IMG/VR virus record: IMGVR_UViG_3300046005_000547
Coordinates: 1 to 64,000 of that record
Direction: 5' to 3' (one strand)
DNA length: 64,000 nt
In this document: piece after piece, positions 9,315 through 21,935 of the stretch
Numbering within the stretch: position 1 is the stretch's first letter
Layout of the letters: each line of letters begins with the position of its first letter
Notes under the pieces: model-generated
Databases searched by the model: none
What the model was told of the DNA's origin: nothing
The model's input: the letters and a program-made list of their open reading frames with translations, nothing else
Made by a program: the position numbers and the translations under genes

Positions 9315-9893
9315 AAAATCTTATTAAATTTTAAACAAAAAGAAACCCCAATTCCTAAGAACTGAGGTTTTTGATTATTCTAATTTGAACTTGGTCAATA
9401 ATTGGACGAATTGTACATATTCATCATCTGTTAATTCACCAATTGCTTTATCCAATAGATACGTTGTACTGAAATAGAACAGATTGTTATCTTCATCATA
9501 AAATTCTAATTCGGATTTCATGTCATTGTATAATACTCTATTCATTTTCGAACACCTCATGTATATAATGTAACATTATATAAGAATCGGTTATGTCTGC
9601 TCCATCAACTAGATAAATCGATTTGGATTCATCAATTCCATATACAGAAATCTCAGTTCCTTCCAATTCAACTACCACGGTATCATTCTTCTTGATAACA
9701 TCTAAACATACATCAACTTTCATTTCTTTTACCGTAATCTAAAATAGTGCATTCGCAAATATATAAATTGTATGAACAAATCAACAATGCTTCTTTAATC
9801 CGTTCCGGCGTCATCTTTTCAATAATCTTTGCCCTGTATAATGCATCATTATTACAACCCGTTAATATCAACAACGATAACAATAAAATAAAT

Positions 9894-10283
9894 TTAATCA
9901 TTAGATGTCCCCGTTATATTCGGAATGAAATTCATTAAATGTTGAAAATTGAAATGATATGGAGGTTTATCTTGATTTGGTGCGATATTTCCAATCAAAC
10001 AAGGATTGAATTTAATCGATGGATTTTCGGTAAGCATATTTCTAAATGAATCGCCAAATGTTGCGTTCAACGGAACAACATCGATATACAATCCATCATC
10101 TAATAATTTGGCATTGGTGACTCTACCAACAATTCTATCAATTCTGATTGAAACTGATGATTCATCATCATCGAATACAATGTATGTATCTCCATGTTCC
10201 TTTAAGATTACATGAATTTGTTCATGCATTTGTTGAATAATATCATCTGTTAATACGTATTGATTTGAAACTACTTTAAACAT
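9894..10283 (-). CDS. hypothetical, paralog of adjacent ORF
   Basis: shares LTDD...GR(V/I)T...DGLY..G with ORF 10276-10659. Confidence 0.6.
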   Translation of the reverse strand: MFKVVSNQYVLTDDIIQQMHEQIHVILKEHGDTYIVFDDDESSVSIRIDRIVGRVTNAKLLDDGLYIDVVPLNATFGDSFRNMLTENPSIKFNPCLIGNIAPNQDKPPYHFNFQHLMNFIPNITGTSND

Positions 10284-10659
10284 TGTAATCCACCCCAGTT
10301 AAGTTAGGGCTTATACAGACAAATACTTTGTAATTGATTTCATATGGTCTTCCTGATGATTGATTTAGAATATCTCCCATCATCACTACATTAAAATCAA
10401 GAGTTTGTTTATTCATCAACTCTTGTAGAAATTTACCGGCATCATTTGTATTGAATGTAAAATCAAAATACAATCCATCTTCTCTATTTTCAATCCGAGT
10501 GATTCGACCACAAGCAGTATTACCGTAGATAAACGATTCATCAGAATCCCCGAAGATAACCAGAGCAGTCTCAGACTGGATATGTCGTTGGATATCTTTA
10601 GTCATTCTTGTTTTGGTGTCATCAGTTAAGATAAAATCATTTGATGTAATTGAATACAT
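10276..10659 (-). CDS. hypothetical, paralog of 9894-10283
   Basis: aligns with the neighbour when started at MYSITS (10659). Confidence 0.6.
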   Translation of the reverse strand: MYSITSNDFILTDDTKTRMTKDIQRHIQSETALVIFGDSDESFIYGNTACGRITRIENREDGLYFDFTFNTNDAGKFLQELMNKQTLDFNVVMMGDILNQSSGRPYEINYKVFVCISPNLTGVDYNV

Positions 10660-10871
10660 TTTTATTTCCTTCAATATGTTGACATAGTTCATCCACCGTA
10701 GCGAATGTATCCCATTCTTCTGAATCGTCATTATAAACAGCCCAATATGATTCACCAACCCATGGCGATACAGACATAATGTTATTATCGAAATATGCTG
10801 TGCCAGAAGCAATATCATAATGGATAATGTCATCGTCAGTTGGGTGTTTTAAGATTTCAAGTAATGTTCTG

Positions 10872-11423
10872 TTATCTTTCATAATTTGTTACCTTATGGT
10901 CTGATTCAATAATCTCTAAAATTGAATCAACTGTTTTTGAAGAAACTATAATTGAATGAAACGATAACTCAGATTTCAATAACAAAGAATGAATATTGTC
11001 GTCAATCAACATTGCTTCTTCAACTGTTTGATTTCTACCATATTCTTGGAACCCATGATGTTCTAAATCTCGTTTCAAGAAGATTTCTGTATTATAAAAC
11101 AAATCATGTGCATCTTTAATCAATTCTTTCAGAATTGGCAAATCATAATCTTCTGAGATATAATTCAATTGCATCAACAATGGTGAATCTGTAATTACAT
11201 AATCGACTTGGTCTTTGAGTCTTCTGATTTTAGATAATTGTTTGGCAAAGACGTATTCTTGATTATTTTTAAGAATGTTATGACGTTTGTCGTAAGTCAA
11301 ATCTTTTGCGTATTCAGATACAAGTTCAACTTTGTATCCTTTTGATTTCATCCGATAGAATAGACCAGCAGCCGTAGTTGATTTACCTGTACCTGGACCA
11401 CCGTATAAATTAATTATTTTCAT
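10872..11423 (-). CDS. P-loop kinase/ATPase (AAA_28, NadR-kinase-like)
   Basis: INLYGGPGTGKSTTAA, ELVSEYAKD, VITDSPLL, GRNQT. Confidence 0.7.
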   Translation of the reverse strand: MKIINLYGGPGTGKSTTAAGLFYRMKSKGYKVELVSEYAKDLTYDKRHNILKNNQEYVFAKQLSKIRRLKDQVDYVITDSPLLMQLNYISEDYDLPILKELIKDAHDLFYNTEIFLKRDLEHHGFQEYGRNQTVEEAMLIDDNIHSLLLKSELSFHSIIVSSKTVDSILEIIESDHKVTNYER

Positions 11424-11626
11424 GAGTTTCGAATCCTTTTAAAAAATTGTCATCTGTATGTAATTTGAGATCACGTATATCTGCTTGGGATAATACACCT
11501 TCTTTATCAACAACAGCTAATTTTGCCATATTATTGACGACAAATACGTCAGATACAATTAAAACAATTTCTGGTTTATTGTATTTGCTTATGATGTATG
11601 TAGCAAATTTACCTTTTAAATTCATT

Positions 11627-12034
11627 TTATCCACCATTCATTTCAATTTTATGTTTGATTTCAGAAATATCTAATTCAGGATGATGCCAGATTGTTCTGA
11701 ATGTAAATGTTGTATCGTCGAATCTTGATTGTAATAATGGAGTAATACTATCATAGCAAACATCACATCCAAGTTTCAATTCATTTTTATAGAATTCTCT
11801 TAGACAATTAAAATACATCTGTTTGAATAGAATATGTTTGTTTCCCATAATATCTTCGACACACCAGACAACACCACCGAATGGTAATCCATCTAATACA
11901 TTCCGAACAACTTGTTTATCCACGATTAAATCTGTATCAACAATGAATTTACCATTATCCATTCTGTTAAAGATTTCAGATAATCTAAATTTATCATCGC
12001 TTGTTCTAAAGTTCTCAATAATCATAATTCCCAT
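11627..12034 (-). CDS. degenerate DUF262 (ParB/GmrS-like) domain protein
   Basis: spacing of VRNVLDGLPF...VED...F.KNEL...Q.RF resembles DUF262, but the DGQQR motif is missing. Confidence 0.35.
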   Translation of the reverse strand: MGIMIIENFRTSDDKFRLSEIFNRMDNGKFIVDTDLIVDKQVVRNVLDGLPFGGVVWCVEDIMGNKHILFKQMYFNCLREFYKNELKLGCDVCYDSITPLLQSRFDDTTFTFRTIWHHPELDISEIKHKIEMNGG

Positions 12035-12893
12035 CCTTCTGTCAAAAAGAATTCTCGTTTTTCTTGTGCTGGATCGAATGAATCCAATTCATTGATATGA
12101 CAACTTGATGACCAAATTGTTAATCCTTGTTCTTCTTCAAACGCTTCGATAATGAATTTGTCGTTCCATGTATCAATTTTAACGCAAATATCATTATCTA
12201 ATACAATGTAATTCAGTTGATTGTTAAAATGTAATACAACTTCTTTGATTTGTTTGTTGAATCGTTTAAACAACATTTCTTTTGCTAATTCATGATTCAT
12301 TTTAACCTCTCGCTAATTGTTTTGTTAATTTTTCAATCAATGTATCTATTCCATATCCATCAAATCCTGTGAACACAATGATACATGTATCGATTTCCAA
12401 TGAATAAAGATTACCAAATGATTCGTTTAATGACACCAATTTACGATGTTCAATAAACAATGAGACAATCTTTAATTCAGAATCCACGAAACTATCTTTA
12501 CAACGATACACTTGTTTTAATTGACCTTTAGAATCATACATGACACAACCTCCATTAAACCAATTCTGTGTAAATTTCAATTGTCTGAAATTCTTCATTG
12601 AAACTAATTTGGGTGTAAATTTCATCACCAAGATGTTTTACAATTTTACAGAAACTCAACAACAAATCTCCAGTTTCGTCATCTTCATCCATTTTGTATT
12701 TCATTTTTGAACATATTGATTCGATTCTTGTTTTAACATTTGTTTCAGGGAAGACGACTTTTAATTCTTCACCCAAATCAGATACAACAATGAATCCTGA
12801 TTTAACCAATTCTGGTAACAATTTTGATTTAACGTCAGTTGTGATGCTCATGATACTCTCCTAAAATTTTAAATGGTAACTTCTTATCTGAAA

Positions 12894-12926
12894 TCTATTA
12901 TAATGTTTTTTAGATTCATCGAAAGA
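12894..12926 (-). promoter_or_regulatory. early-type promoter TCTTTCGA-N16-TATAATAGA
   Basis: exact motif. Confidence 0.8.
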
Positions 12927-13124
12927 ATTATTTTTGTATTTCTAATGAATCGTTTTCTTCAGGACATTGCTTACCGATAATCCTAAGACATTGTTGTTCC
13001 TTTATATAATGGATTTGTTGTCTCATTTTATCGTATATATCAACATAATAACTTGTTGATATTTCTGATGTTAATATCATTAACAATAATACGGTCAATT
13101 CTTTGTAATACATTTTCTTTACTC

Positions 13125-13164
13125 AAAAAGAAACCCGATAGAGATTTTCGCTCTATCGGGTTTT
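13125..13164 (-). terminator. intrinsic terminator
   Basis: aaacccgatagag/ctctatcgggttt 13-bp stem with T-run. Confidence 0.75.
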
Positions 13165-13589
13165 GTTTATTTTGGTTTGAATCCTTCTGTGAACCAGCCA
13201 ACATTCTTAAATTGTTTGTTGATTAGTTCTGCTTTGTAATTGTTTTCAAGTTTCAATGCTGAAGTATGAATAGAAACAAATTGTCTCAAAAATTCTTCAA
13301 ATTTAATTGAAGGAAAATCTTCATCTTCTTTTATCAAATTGAAGAATTCCACCGGTCTCGTGATATACTCTGTTATCTCAAAACGTTTGATTACAATAAT
13401 TTCAAAATAATCATATTCCTCGTTTCTGATTATTGAAATCAATTCAAGACCGTTTGATTTAAAGAAATCCATCCAAGCAATTATATCAGGATTATGTACA
13501 TGTTCAAATCTTTTAAATCGAGAACCATCAGAATTATAAACAGAATACCCAGTTTCTGATTGATATGCTTTCATTTTCATGTTATACTC

Positions 13590-13982
13590 CTATAGTAAAT
13601 CAGCAAATAACAATGCGACACTTAGATACGAAAAACAAGATGAACGTTCTGAAACTTTCCATTCATCACCATCAAACAAATAATTGAATTGTTGTCCATT
13701 GGAAATCATGAATTGTTTGTAAGATTCAATTGAATCAAAATGATTTGGTTTGTTTAAGAACCATGAATCGCCCATATCTCTTGTTCTGAATTCAGATTCA
13801 TCAATAGTTTTACCTAATGATGAAAGATTACCTTTTGAAATCAATTCTTCAACAATTGTTTGATTGTCATAACGTTCAAACAAGATTTTACCATTTGTTG
13901 TTAAATCGCCATCCCAATGACAGAACACTTGCGAAATAGAACCATCTTGTAATTTAACAGAGATTGTAGAATTAGTTGCCAT
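13590..13982 (-). CDS. conserved phage hypothetical protein
   Basis: MAT.S.I...S..VFCHWDG...NGKIL pattern; first gene after a promoter motif. Confidence 0.6.
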   Translation of the reverse strand: MATNSTISVKLQDGSISQVFCHWDGDLTTNGKILFERYDNQTIVEELISKGNLSSLGKTIDESEFRTRDMGDSWFLNKPNHFDSIESYKQFMISNGQQFNYLFDGDEWKVSERSSCFSYLSVALLFADLL

Positions 13983-14023
13983 GATACACCACCCTTATAA
14001 AAGATTAAAATTTAATGTTGAAA

Positions 14024-14056
14024 TCTATTATAAGGGATTTTCGATGTTTCGAAAGA
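14024..14056 (-). promoter_or_regulatory. early-type promoter TCTTTCGA-N16-TATAATAGA
   Basis: exact motif. Confidence 0.8.
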
Positions 14057-14063
14057 TTTATTT

Positions 14064-14483
14064 TTAATTCATTCTTTCTGCGTATTGATGAATTCTAGTG
14101 TTAAATGAATTCACCGTTTCGGAACAATAAACAAGATAATCTGATTGTACAACAGCTAATCCACCTCTTGTATTGATTAAATCAACAACCGCAGATAAAC
14201 TTCTTAATTGGAATTCATCAAATCCATCAGGAACAATACATACAATCGTTTGTTTATTCATATGAACAGAATCAACCATTTCTGCGATTGAGAATACTCC
14301 AGTCATTTCCTTTGTAATACAATATAAATGAATATCACATAATTCTTTCTGTTGTTTTTCAATTTCTTGACATTCTGGCGTCCAGTCTTTTACAACAGGA
14401 TTAAAATAATCAATTCGTAATAATGGAATGAGTTCTTCTCTCCACGTTGTTTTGTTACATGTACCGCCTAAAAACACTTTCAT
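14064..14483 (-). CDS. nucleoside 2-deoxyribosyltransferase-like protein
   Basis: KVFLGGTC...WRE...YFNPVV.DW...GVFSIAE. Confidence 0.7.
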   Translation of the reverse strand: MKVFLGGTCNKTTWREELIPLLRIDYFNPVVKDWTPECQEIEKQQKELCDIHLYCITKEMTGVFSIAEMVDSVHMNKQTIVCIVPDGFDEFQLRSLSAVVDLINTRGGLAVVQSDYLVYCSETVNSFNTRIHQYAERMN

Positions 14484-15023
14484 GATTGTAATTCCTCTAA
14501 TTCTTTATTGATTTGTTTGATGCGTCGTTTTCTGTAAATTTCATCATTGACTTCCCAAGCAAATTTGGCATCAACGAATTGTTCCTTTAACCATTCAATA
14601 CTTTTTGGTGGTAATAACATTGGTTGAGTTTGATAGATTTCAATTCCAGATTTAACTACTTTAACAAATGGTCTAATCTTATCTTCATAAAACGCTTCAA
14701 GTTTTGGTGGTACAATTTCTGGTTGAGTGTATCCTTGTAATGTATATAATTCTTGTTTTAATTCCAAACATTTCAATTCTTTATATACATGAACATTATT
14801 GTTATACACTTTTAATGCTTTGTCTAATGATTCAATTAGAGTGTCAATTTTATCTGGTCGAATGTGATTTCTATTTGGACCATCATCAGACCACAATCTA
14901 GTGCGCGACTCAACTACAATATGTTCTCTTGTGGTATAAACGTACAATCCATGATTGGATACAAAGAACTCAATCAATCCTGTTTTAGAATCATCAGTTT
15001 GCTTCTTAAAGAAATTAAACAAT

Positions 15024-15494
15024 CTATTCATAATCAAATCCTCCACTAACAATTTCATTCACCATATCTTGTAAATTATCATGTACAACAACTTCTGGAC
15101 GAATCAATCCTAATTGGATGATAACATCGTTTCTACGTTGGTAATCAGGATGACATGTAACAAAGATTTGTTTATTTGAACCTGCATGGACTCCTAATTC
15201 ATACAATGTAATTGGACACATTGTCTCAGGAGCAAAATAGAATAATACTGCATCTGCTAAATGTAAATGGTTATATTCCCATTCAATTTGTTCTTTCGAC
15301 ATATCAGGATTAGATACATCAAAATTGGAACGTCTTGGATTCAATAGATCGACATCATAATCATCAAACAGTTGAATGATTTCAGATTGCCAATCAGAAC
15401 AATTTGTGATACCACCAGCAATAAAGATTGATGGAATTTCTTCAGATTTTGTGTAAATTGTTGGACATTGAAATTCTTTCATTTTATTCCCCAT
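15024..15494 (-). CDS. nucleoside 2-deoxyribosyltransferase-like protein
   Basis: SIFIAGGI...DWQ...LNPRR...QIEWEY...CPITLYELG. Confidence 0.8.
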   Translation of the reverse strand: MGNKMKEFQCPTIYTKSEEIPSIFIAGGITNCSDWQSEIIQLFDDYDVDLLNPRRSNFDVSNPDMSKEQIEWEYNHLHLADAVLFYFAPETMCPITLYELGVHAGSNKQIFVTCHPDYQRRNDVIIQLGLIRPEVVVHDNLQDMVNEIVSGGFDYE

Positions 15495-15644
15495 ATTGAT
15501 TTTAATTCTGAGATGACGTTATCTTGCCATTCGTTTGCGATAGATTCAGATAATGTTTTAATACCATTATTAACATATCTATTGTTTTCTCGTTCCACAT
15601 TTTTCCTGGATAATGATAGATTGTTGAATCTTTGTTGTTCTTTA

Positions 15645-18635
15645 TTAATCACAACTACATCCTCCAGAATCACAAGATGACGAACCACTTTCTGAACTAG
15701 ACGAGGATGAATCACATGATGTGGAACCACTATATGAATAATCGTTAGCTTTCAAATACTCGTCGGTTACAACAGAAAATTTTGATACATATTCATCATC
15801 GTTAGAACCACTTCCTCGTTTATCAACCGAAGAAACGATTGAACGTTTAGATGTATCGACTCTTCTGTCAACGGGTTCTTTCCTTACATTATCAATTTTA
15901 ACATATTGTCTTTGTAATTCAATATATTTTACCTTTAATTTACGATATTCCAAAGATAAATCGATTACCAATAATAAAACTACAACCCCAAAACAAAATA
16001 ATAAAATGTTCATACTTGTTCCTTTTTGTTAATGGTTTTTAAGAGTTCATCGATTTGTCTAGTAAATTCATCATTTTCTTTTTTAATTCTATTATTGGTT
16101 AGGACATAATCCCAAATTTCAAAAATTACCAATAGAATTAACAAAATAGTTGTTATCATATTTCTCCATATAAAAGAAATCCTTGACTGCTATTTCTAAC
16201 AATCAAGGATCTGTATTATGCGACCAATAATGGTGCGTCTTGTCCGATACAAACATCAATGGAATCCAACTTTGCTTGTAATCTTTCTTTTTGTTTCATG
16301 ATGATTTCATCGTCTTCTGAATCAACTGGCATGTAAATTTCACAACCTGATTTAGTGAACCCGCGAACAAATACACGTTTCCGATTATTTGGAACTGTAT
16401 CTAATACATCATTATATGATTCATCGTTCATCTGTAATCTCTTATTGAATTGGCAAACAGTATGTTTTAACATGGATGCTTGGATTGATGGGATCCTTCT
16501 TCATGTCATCAATGATAACTTTAGAACCGCGTTCGCAAGTCGCTAGATTTGACATTTCTATCTTAATGGTTTCTAATGCATCATGACCTCCACCAAATAC
16601 AGATAAAATTACAACTAAAACATAAGACATCATTTGATTACTCCAATATAATAATCTAATACAAAAATAGATAAACCAACAAACATATAACTGTTAAGAA
16701 ATACCCAAAGATCGTTTGGTCGTTGTTTGATAATGTTAATCAAATTAAACAACCAAGTAGACACAAGATAAAATACAACAAACGTATTCATCCAACTCAT
16801 TCAGAACCTCTTAATGAATATAACCATGAAATTGCTTCATTCCAATTTTCATCAGCATCTTCTGAATATCCATTCAACCAATTGAAATAAGCCCGTTTCT
16901 CAATAAATTCTCTCATTCCAGGAATCATCAACAAATCATATACAACTGGTGATTGTTTCGTGTAAATCAATCCGTTTCTCATTTTTCTTTACCTTTCAGA
17001 TATTCTTTCAATTCAGAACAAGACATATTTCTGATACGGAAGTATTCATCAACATTTTCACTCAATGAATGTTTATCAGCAAATGATAATTTTACATCAT
17101 ATAAAAACATTTGGAATCCAAGTTTAACTTTTTGTATTAGATACCAAAATAGAAATTTCACATCAACCATATTGTAATCCTTAAAATTTACCAAGAAATA
17201 ACCATAATTGGAACTCCAATTATGTCCATACAAAATGACACTTTAAATCTTAGTTCATTTAATGTTTCTTCTGCGATAATTCTCAATTCTCTAATATCAG
17301 AACCAGACATTCTACGAACATCAATATATGCAGAAACATCAGATTCAACTTTATAATCGCGAATTGAACCATCAATAGTAGGAGTCAAATACTTAATTTT
17401 AACGCATCTTGCCAATTTTTCATTATCTGATATATTTGCAAGTGATGTTGTAATAACATCGTGTTGATATTGTTTCATGTCATTAACGAATTTACCAACA
17501 AACTCATCAGATATCTTACTTAATTCTGTCGCATTTTTCATAATTTGTAACCTTTACATATAAAGTTGATAACAATTTCTATTATACGCTTTTCAATTTT
17601 AAACGAAAGAGAATTCTAATGTATTTGTGGAACAATCTTTTTCAATATATTTCCCTCTTGTTTTATCCCATCCTTCGATACACATATGTCTAACATCCGA
17701 ATCTTGTTTTCTTGGGGATTTAAGATAGAACAATCGAATATCTTCATATCGTTTATGATATGTACAATAGACTTTCTTAGCAATTCTTCTACCAGTTGTT
17801 ATGTCGATAGTGTATAATTCTGATTTTGGAATTACATTTCTATGGACTCTTGGTGTATGTTGATTTCTTTTGTTCATCTTAAATCCTATTTGTTTAATAT
17901 CAGTTGATTTTCATCCAATCACATTTAAAATCAGGAGGAATTGGTTCCATAAAATAACATTCTATCTTGAATGTATGTCTTTCGAAATTATCATCTAAAC
18001 ATTTTATGACATTATCTTTCATACAAAATGTCCAAGTTCCGTTTTCAACATATCCTGTTATATAATCATCCTTGAATTCAACGGAACTTAAATAGAAATC
18101 ATAATATTCTTTGTTTCTATCATTATACCAGAATAGATAACTTGTCATTTTATTTCTTGGATGTTTCTAATGTTAATTCCCAACACCAATTAGAGTTCCA
18201 ATCGTGTAATCTATTTGCATATTGTTTTGGTAAGAACATCATCAATGGATGAACAAATACATTATGTGTGAATTCTTTAATATACTGTTTCATATATTAT
18301 CCTCTGATTGTTTTAAGAGCCCAGAATTCCGGATTAAACAATAATGTGAATATAGTGTCAATATTATCAAATCCAATAATGATAAAAATGAAAGACATAG
18401 TATACATAACAATCAATGCAATACTTTTAATAATTTCTTCATTATCAAAACATCCTTTGAATTTATTGGTTAAATAAATTGTTAATCCAATCCAACCGAT
18501 AATAATCCCATATTGAACAATAATTGAATATAATTCAACCTCCGATTGTTTGATGAGAACCGAATATAATTTATCAGACGCAACATTCAATTTAGAAGAC
18601 AATTCGTCAATTCTGTTTAAAATTTCATTTTCCAT
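15645..18635 (-). other. cluster of small hypothetical and membrane ORFs
   Basis: tightly packed 50-125 aa ORFs with RBSs; several have hydrophobic segments; no recognisable family. Confidence 0.6.
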
Positions 18636-18644
18636 TTTAATTCC

Positions 18645-19285
18645 TTATTTTATATCTTTTAAAATTAATCGAACATGTGCTAATTCTTCATCTCTAGACC
18701 AAACTTGTTTATCAAAATCTGCTTCTTCAATACCTTGATGAATTTCAACATTTTTACTAATATAAGTTTTATCAATTATGTCAATAATATCAACTATTAT
18801 GTCATTAGATTTACTCAATTTACTCCACAAAGCCTAGCTCCAAAATATTGAACTTCATCACCTAGAATAGTCATTTTAAGAGTTTTAACAAGATACAAAT
18901 ATAACGATTTGGCAATACCTTGACCTTGGAATTTTTCTTCAACTCTAACGTCATCTACGTTCCAAACATTATGTAAATCCATTATATCTGGGATTTTTCT
19001 TAATTCAATTGACCCAATAACAGCCAATTTTGTATCGCCATCATCTTTTCTTAATTTACCAATTGAAATAACTTTCTTATTGTTATCCCCCATTACAAAC
19101 ATTTCAAATGATTCGTTTTTAATTTCAAGATTATCTACAAATTTATATTTTAGAGATAACACTTTTGATGTAATAAATCCAAATGCTTTATTATCAACCC
19201 AATCGCCTTCTCCAGCAATTGCCATTTCATTCAATTTTTTATAATCATCAAGCGTTTCTTGAAATTCTTTAAAGGTAAGTAACAT
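18645..19285 (-). pseudogene. GNAT acetyltransferase split by an apparent 1-bp deletion (~18833)
   Basis: VRVEEKFQGQGIAKSLY acetyl-CoA motif; restoring one base joins QYFGAR to LWSKLSK of ORF 18645-18830; start MLLTFKEF at 19285 with AGGAG RBS. Confidence 0.75.
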
Positions 19286-19363
19286 TTTATTTCTCCTATA
19301 AAATATGTTACAATTATAAGATAGAATCATCATAAAAGAAAGATGATTCTATCTATTCAATTC

Positions 19364-20656
19364 CTATTGTTCAGATTCAATATCAGATGTCCCAGTATCC
19401 AACAATTTGGTTTCATATTCCATGAACGCAAATGATTTCAACTTCAATGGAATACAATCATAAAGTTTTTCTTGTCGAATTACAACTCCTTCTGCGGGTT
19501 TACCTTTATTGTATTGACATTTTTTCTCTAAATTATAATCAGTCATCAAACGTTTCAATACATTTTCATTCCAATCTCTATCAACTGGAATGTCTGGGTA
19601 CAAATTTTTGGCAAATCCGTAGTAGAATTCAGGGACATATTTCAACCCAAATTTATTACAGAAATCTTTAATCTGTTGCCATGTATATTCTGTTACAACA
19701 CCATCAGCATTTGTATTAGTGATTCGATACAATCGGAATTCACAAGTGTTTAATTGACATCCGTAAATGTACCCAGGTTGAATTTCTTTACCAGAACCTG
19801 GAATGTATCCAACGATTTCACCATACAATGAAACTCCTTTAGGAATCAAATCTTTCAAATCATTGTTGACGTATCCCCAAACGTCGGTGCCATAGAATCC
19901 TCCGTTAACTTGTTCATTGATGTATTGGTTCTTAACGACCTTACGAGAACTATATACATTACCATATTCAGTTGTTCGTACATTCACTCCAATTTTCAAT
20001 AACAATTTTTCATACCATTTCAATGGAATGTTTGTAATCACATTAGAGAATACAGCTGAAGTTCCATGCCATTTATCGGTAATGTAAATCAAATCATCTG
20101 GTTTGATGTAATCGAAATACTTTTTGGCTTGAATTGAATCAACATGTAAATGGAATTGATTCTCAACCAATCTAGTGAATTTAGGGGCAGAACCTTGACG
20201 GCCTTGTTTATTTGTTTTAGATTCAACTTCTTTGACAATGTATTTACGGCAGATACGTTCTGCCCCCATGTAATCAAATTCAGTACCAACATCCAATGTT
20301 TTTAATTCAGAGTAATCCGAATGTAATTCATCTAATTGTATAAAGAACCCTTCTGACTTATTACCACGCAACTTGACTGCTCGAATACGCCCTGATTGTT
20401 CAAAGAATCCAGCTTTGTCAGGATTCAAATTCTTTGTTTTATCTCTATACAAAGAATGTTTCTGTAGGAATTGGTCACCTAATTGACATTCCAATGGAAA
20501 GAACAATCCTTTTGTTCCATGTTGTAAGTTTTTACCAACAATAACAGAATTACCATAAATGATGGCAGCCTGAAGATTATCTGCATTTTCAATTGGAATC
20601 AATTTGTTAATTTCAACAATAGATGCACAATAGTTAGGATTCACTGGAGCTTTCAT
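19364..20656 (-). CDS. RNA ligase (Rnl2/DRB0094-like) with N-terminal OB-fold
   Basis: PIENADNL...RAVKLRGNKSEG OB domain; KWHGTS motif I, LYGEI, EGVVIR, LKLKS. Confidence 0.85.
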   Translation of the reverse strand: MKAPVNPNYCASIVEINKLIPIENADNLQAAIIYGNSVIVGKNLQHGTKGLFFPLECQLGDQFLQKHSLYRDKTKNLNPDKAGFFEQSGRIRAVKLRGNKSEGFFIQLDELHSDYSELKTLDVGTEFDYMGAERICRKYIVKEVESKTNKQGRQGSAPKFTRLVENQFHLHVDSIQAKKYFDYIKPDDLIYITDKWHGTSAVFSNVITNIPLKWYEKLLLKIGVNVRTTEYGNVYSSRKVVKNQYINEQVNGGFYGTDVWGYVNNDLKDLIPKGVSLYGEIVGYIPGSGKEIQPGYIYGCQLNTCEFRLYRITNTNADGVVTEYTWQQIKDFCNKFGLKYVPEFYYGFAKNLYPDIPVDRDWNENVLKRLMTDYNLEKKCQYNKGKPAEGVVIRQEKLYDCIPLKLKSFAFMEYETKLLDTGTSDIESEQ

Positions 20657-21935
20657 AATATAATTTCCTTTATCAAATAATTTTCATTTGTTGAACTAAA
20701 TGAAGACACAACGTCATATAATCATCAACGATTTCTTTATCTTGTTGTTCGGATTCACCAAAATCGCATTCATTGATTCCTTGTAACGTATCACAAGCAG
20801 AACAACTACCATAATATGCTTTGGTTGTTAGATAAGAGTTAGGTTGGTATCCTTCTTCACCAATGACAAACAATTTGGTTCCTTGATAATCACCTTCATC
20901 AATTTCTGTAATACGTTCTGGATCCCATCTATCATTCTTATGAAGATTTGTATTCAATTCCTCAATTAGAATCTTAACGATTTCCGAATAATCATATACA
21001 TGATTGTTTAAAAATTTATCACGTAATGATTCTTCTGATTTATGGAATGCTTGTACAATTGAATCAATCATCTTATACCCCTAAATGTTTACCAATAACT
21101 TCACAAACCCAACTTGGGTTATCTGTTTCTTCTGAGATATAAGTTCCAATTGTTTCAACAATTTCATTGAATGTTGAACCTTTCTTAACCATAAGACGAA
21201 CAGGTGATTTGTCCAAACGATTAAATGCGATATTCTTACCAACTTTCTTACGATAGACATCTTTGTTGTTAGATAATGCATATCCAAATCTGATTACATC
21301 AAACCCGTCTTCTTTTTCGATAAAACTTGCCATTGTTACGACATTTGTATATGCTTTAGATACATCGCCGAAATAATGATATTTTAAATTTGACATTTTC
21401 GATATTCCTATTTTCTTGGTTTACGATAAGTTTTTGGAGATCTAATTGATTTTGTTTCTAATGATTCAATATCATCTTTTGCTTCTTTTAATTGTAATCT
21501 AAGTTTAACATCTTCTGATTTCAACATATTGTTTTCAGAAGTCAATCGTTCAATTTCATCTTGGTCTGAATTAAAGGTTTTATACCAAATTTGTAATAAA
21601 ATCCAATGTTCTAATAAGATACCAATAATAACTGTTAATACATAATAATTCATTTGTGTCTCCGTTTTGGTTTAATAAATTTAGATAGAAAAGTGTGTGC
21701 TGGTATTGATGTAACAGTTCCAACTACACCACCGATTAAAAATCCTAGATTGTCTGCCATCGTAGAATCATGCGCAACTTTGTATAAAAATAATTGACTT
21801 ATCCCAACCAATGTACTTGTACATAAAGATGGAATGTACAATTTTTGTCTCACGTATTGACTTTGCAAACCCAACAAGAATACAATGGAGAATGACGACA
21901 AGAACATCATACCAACAGATTCATAATTAACATTT

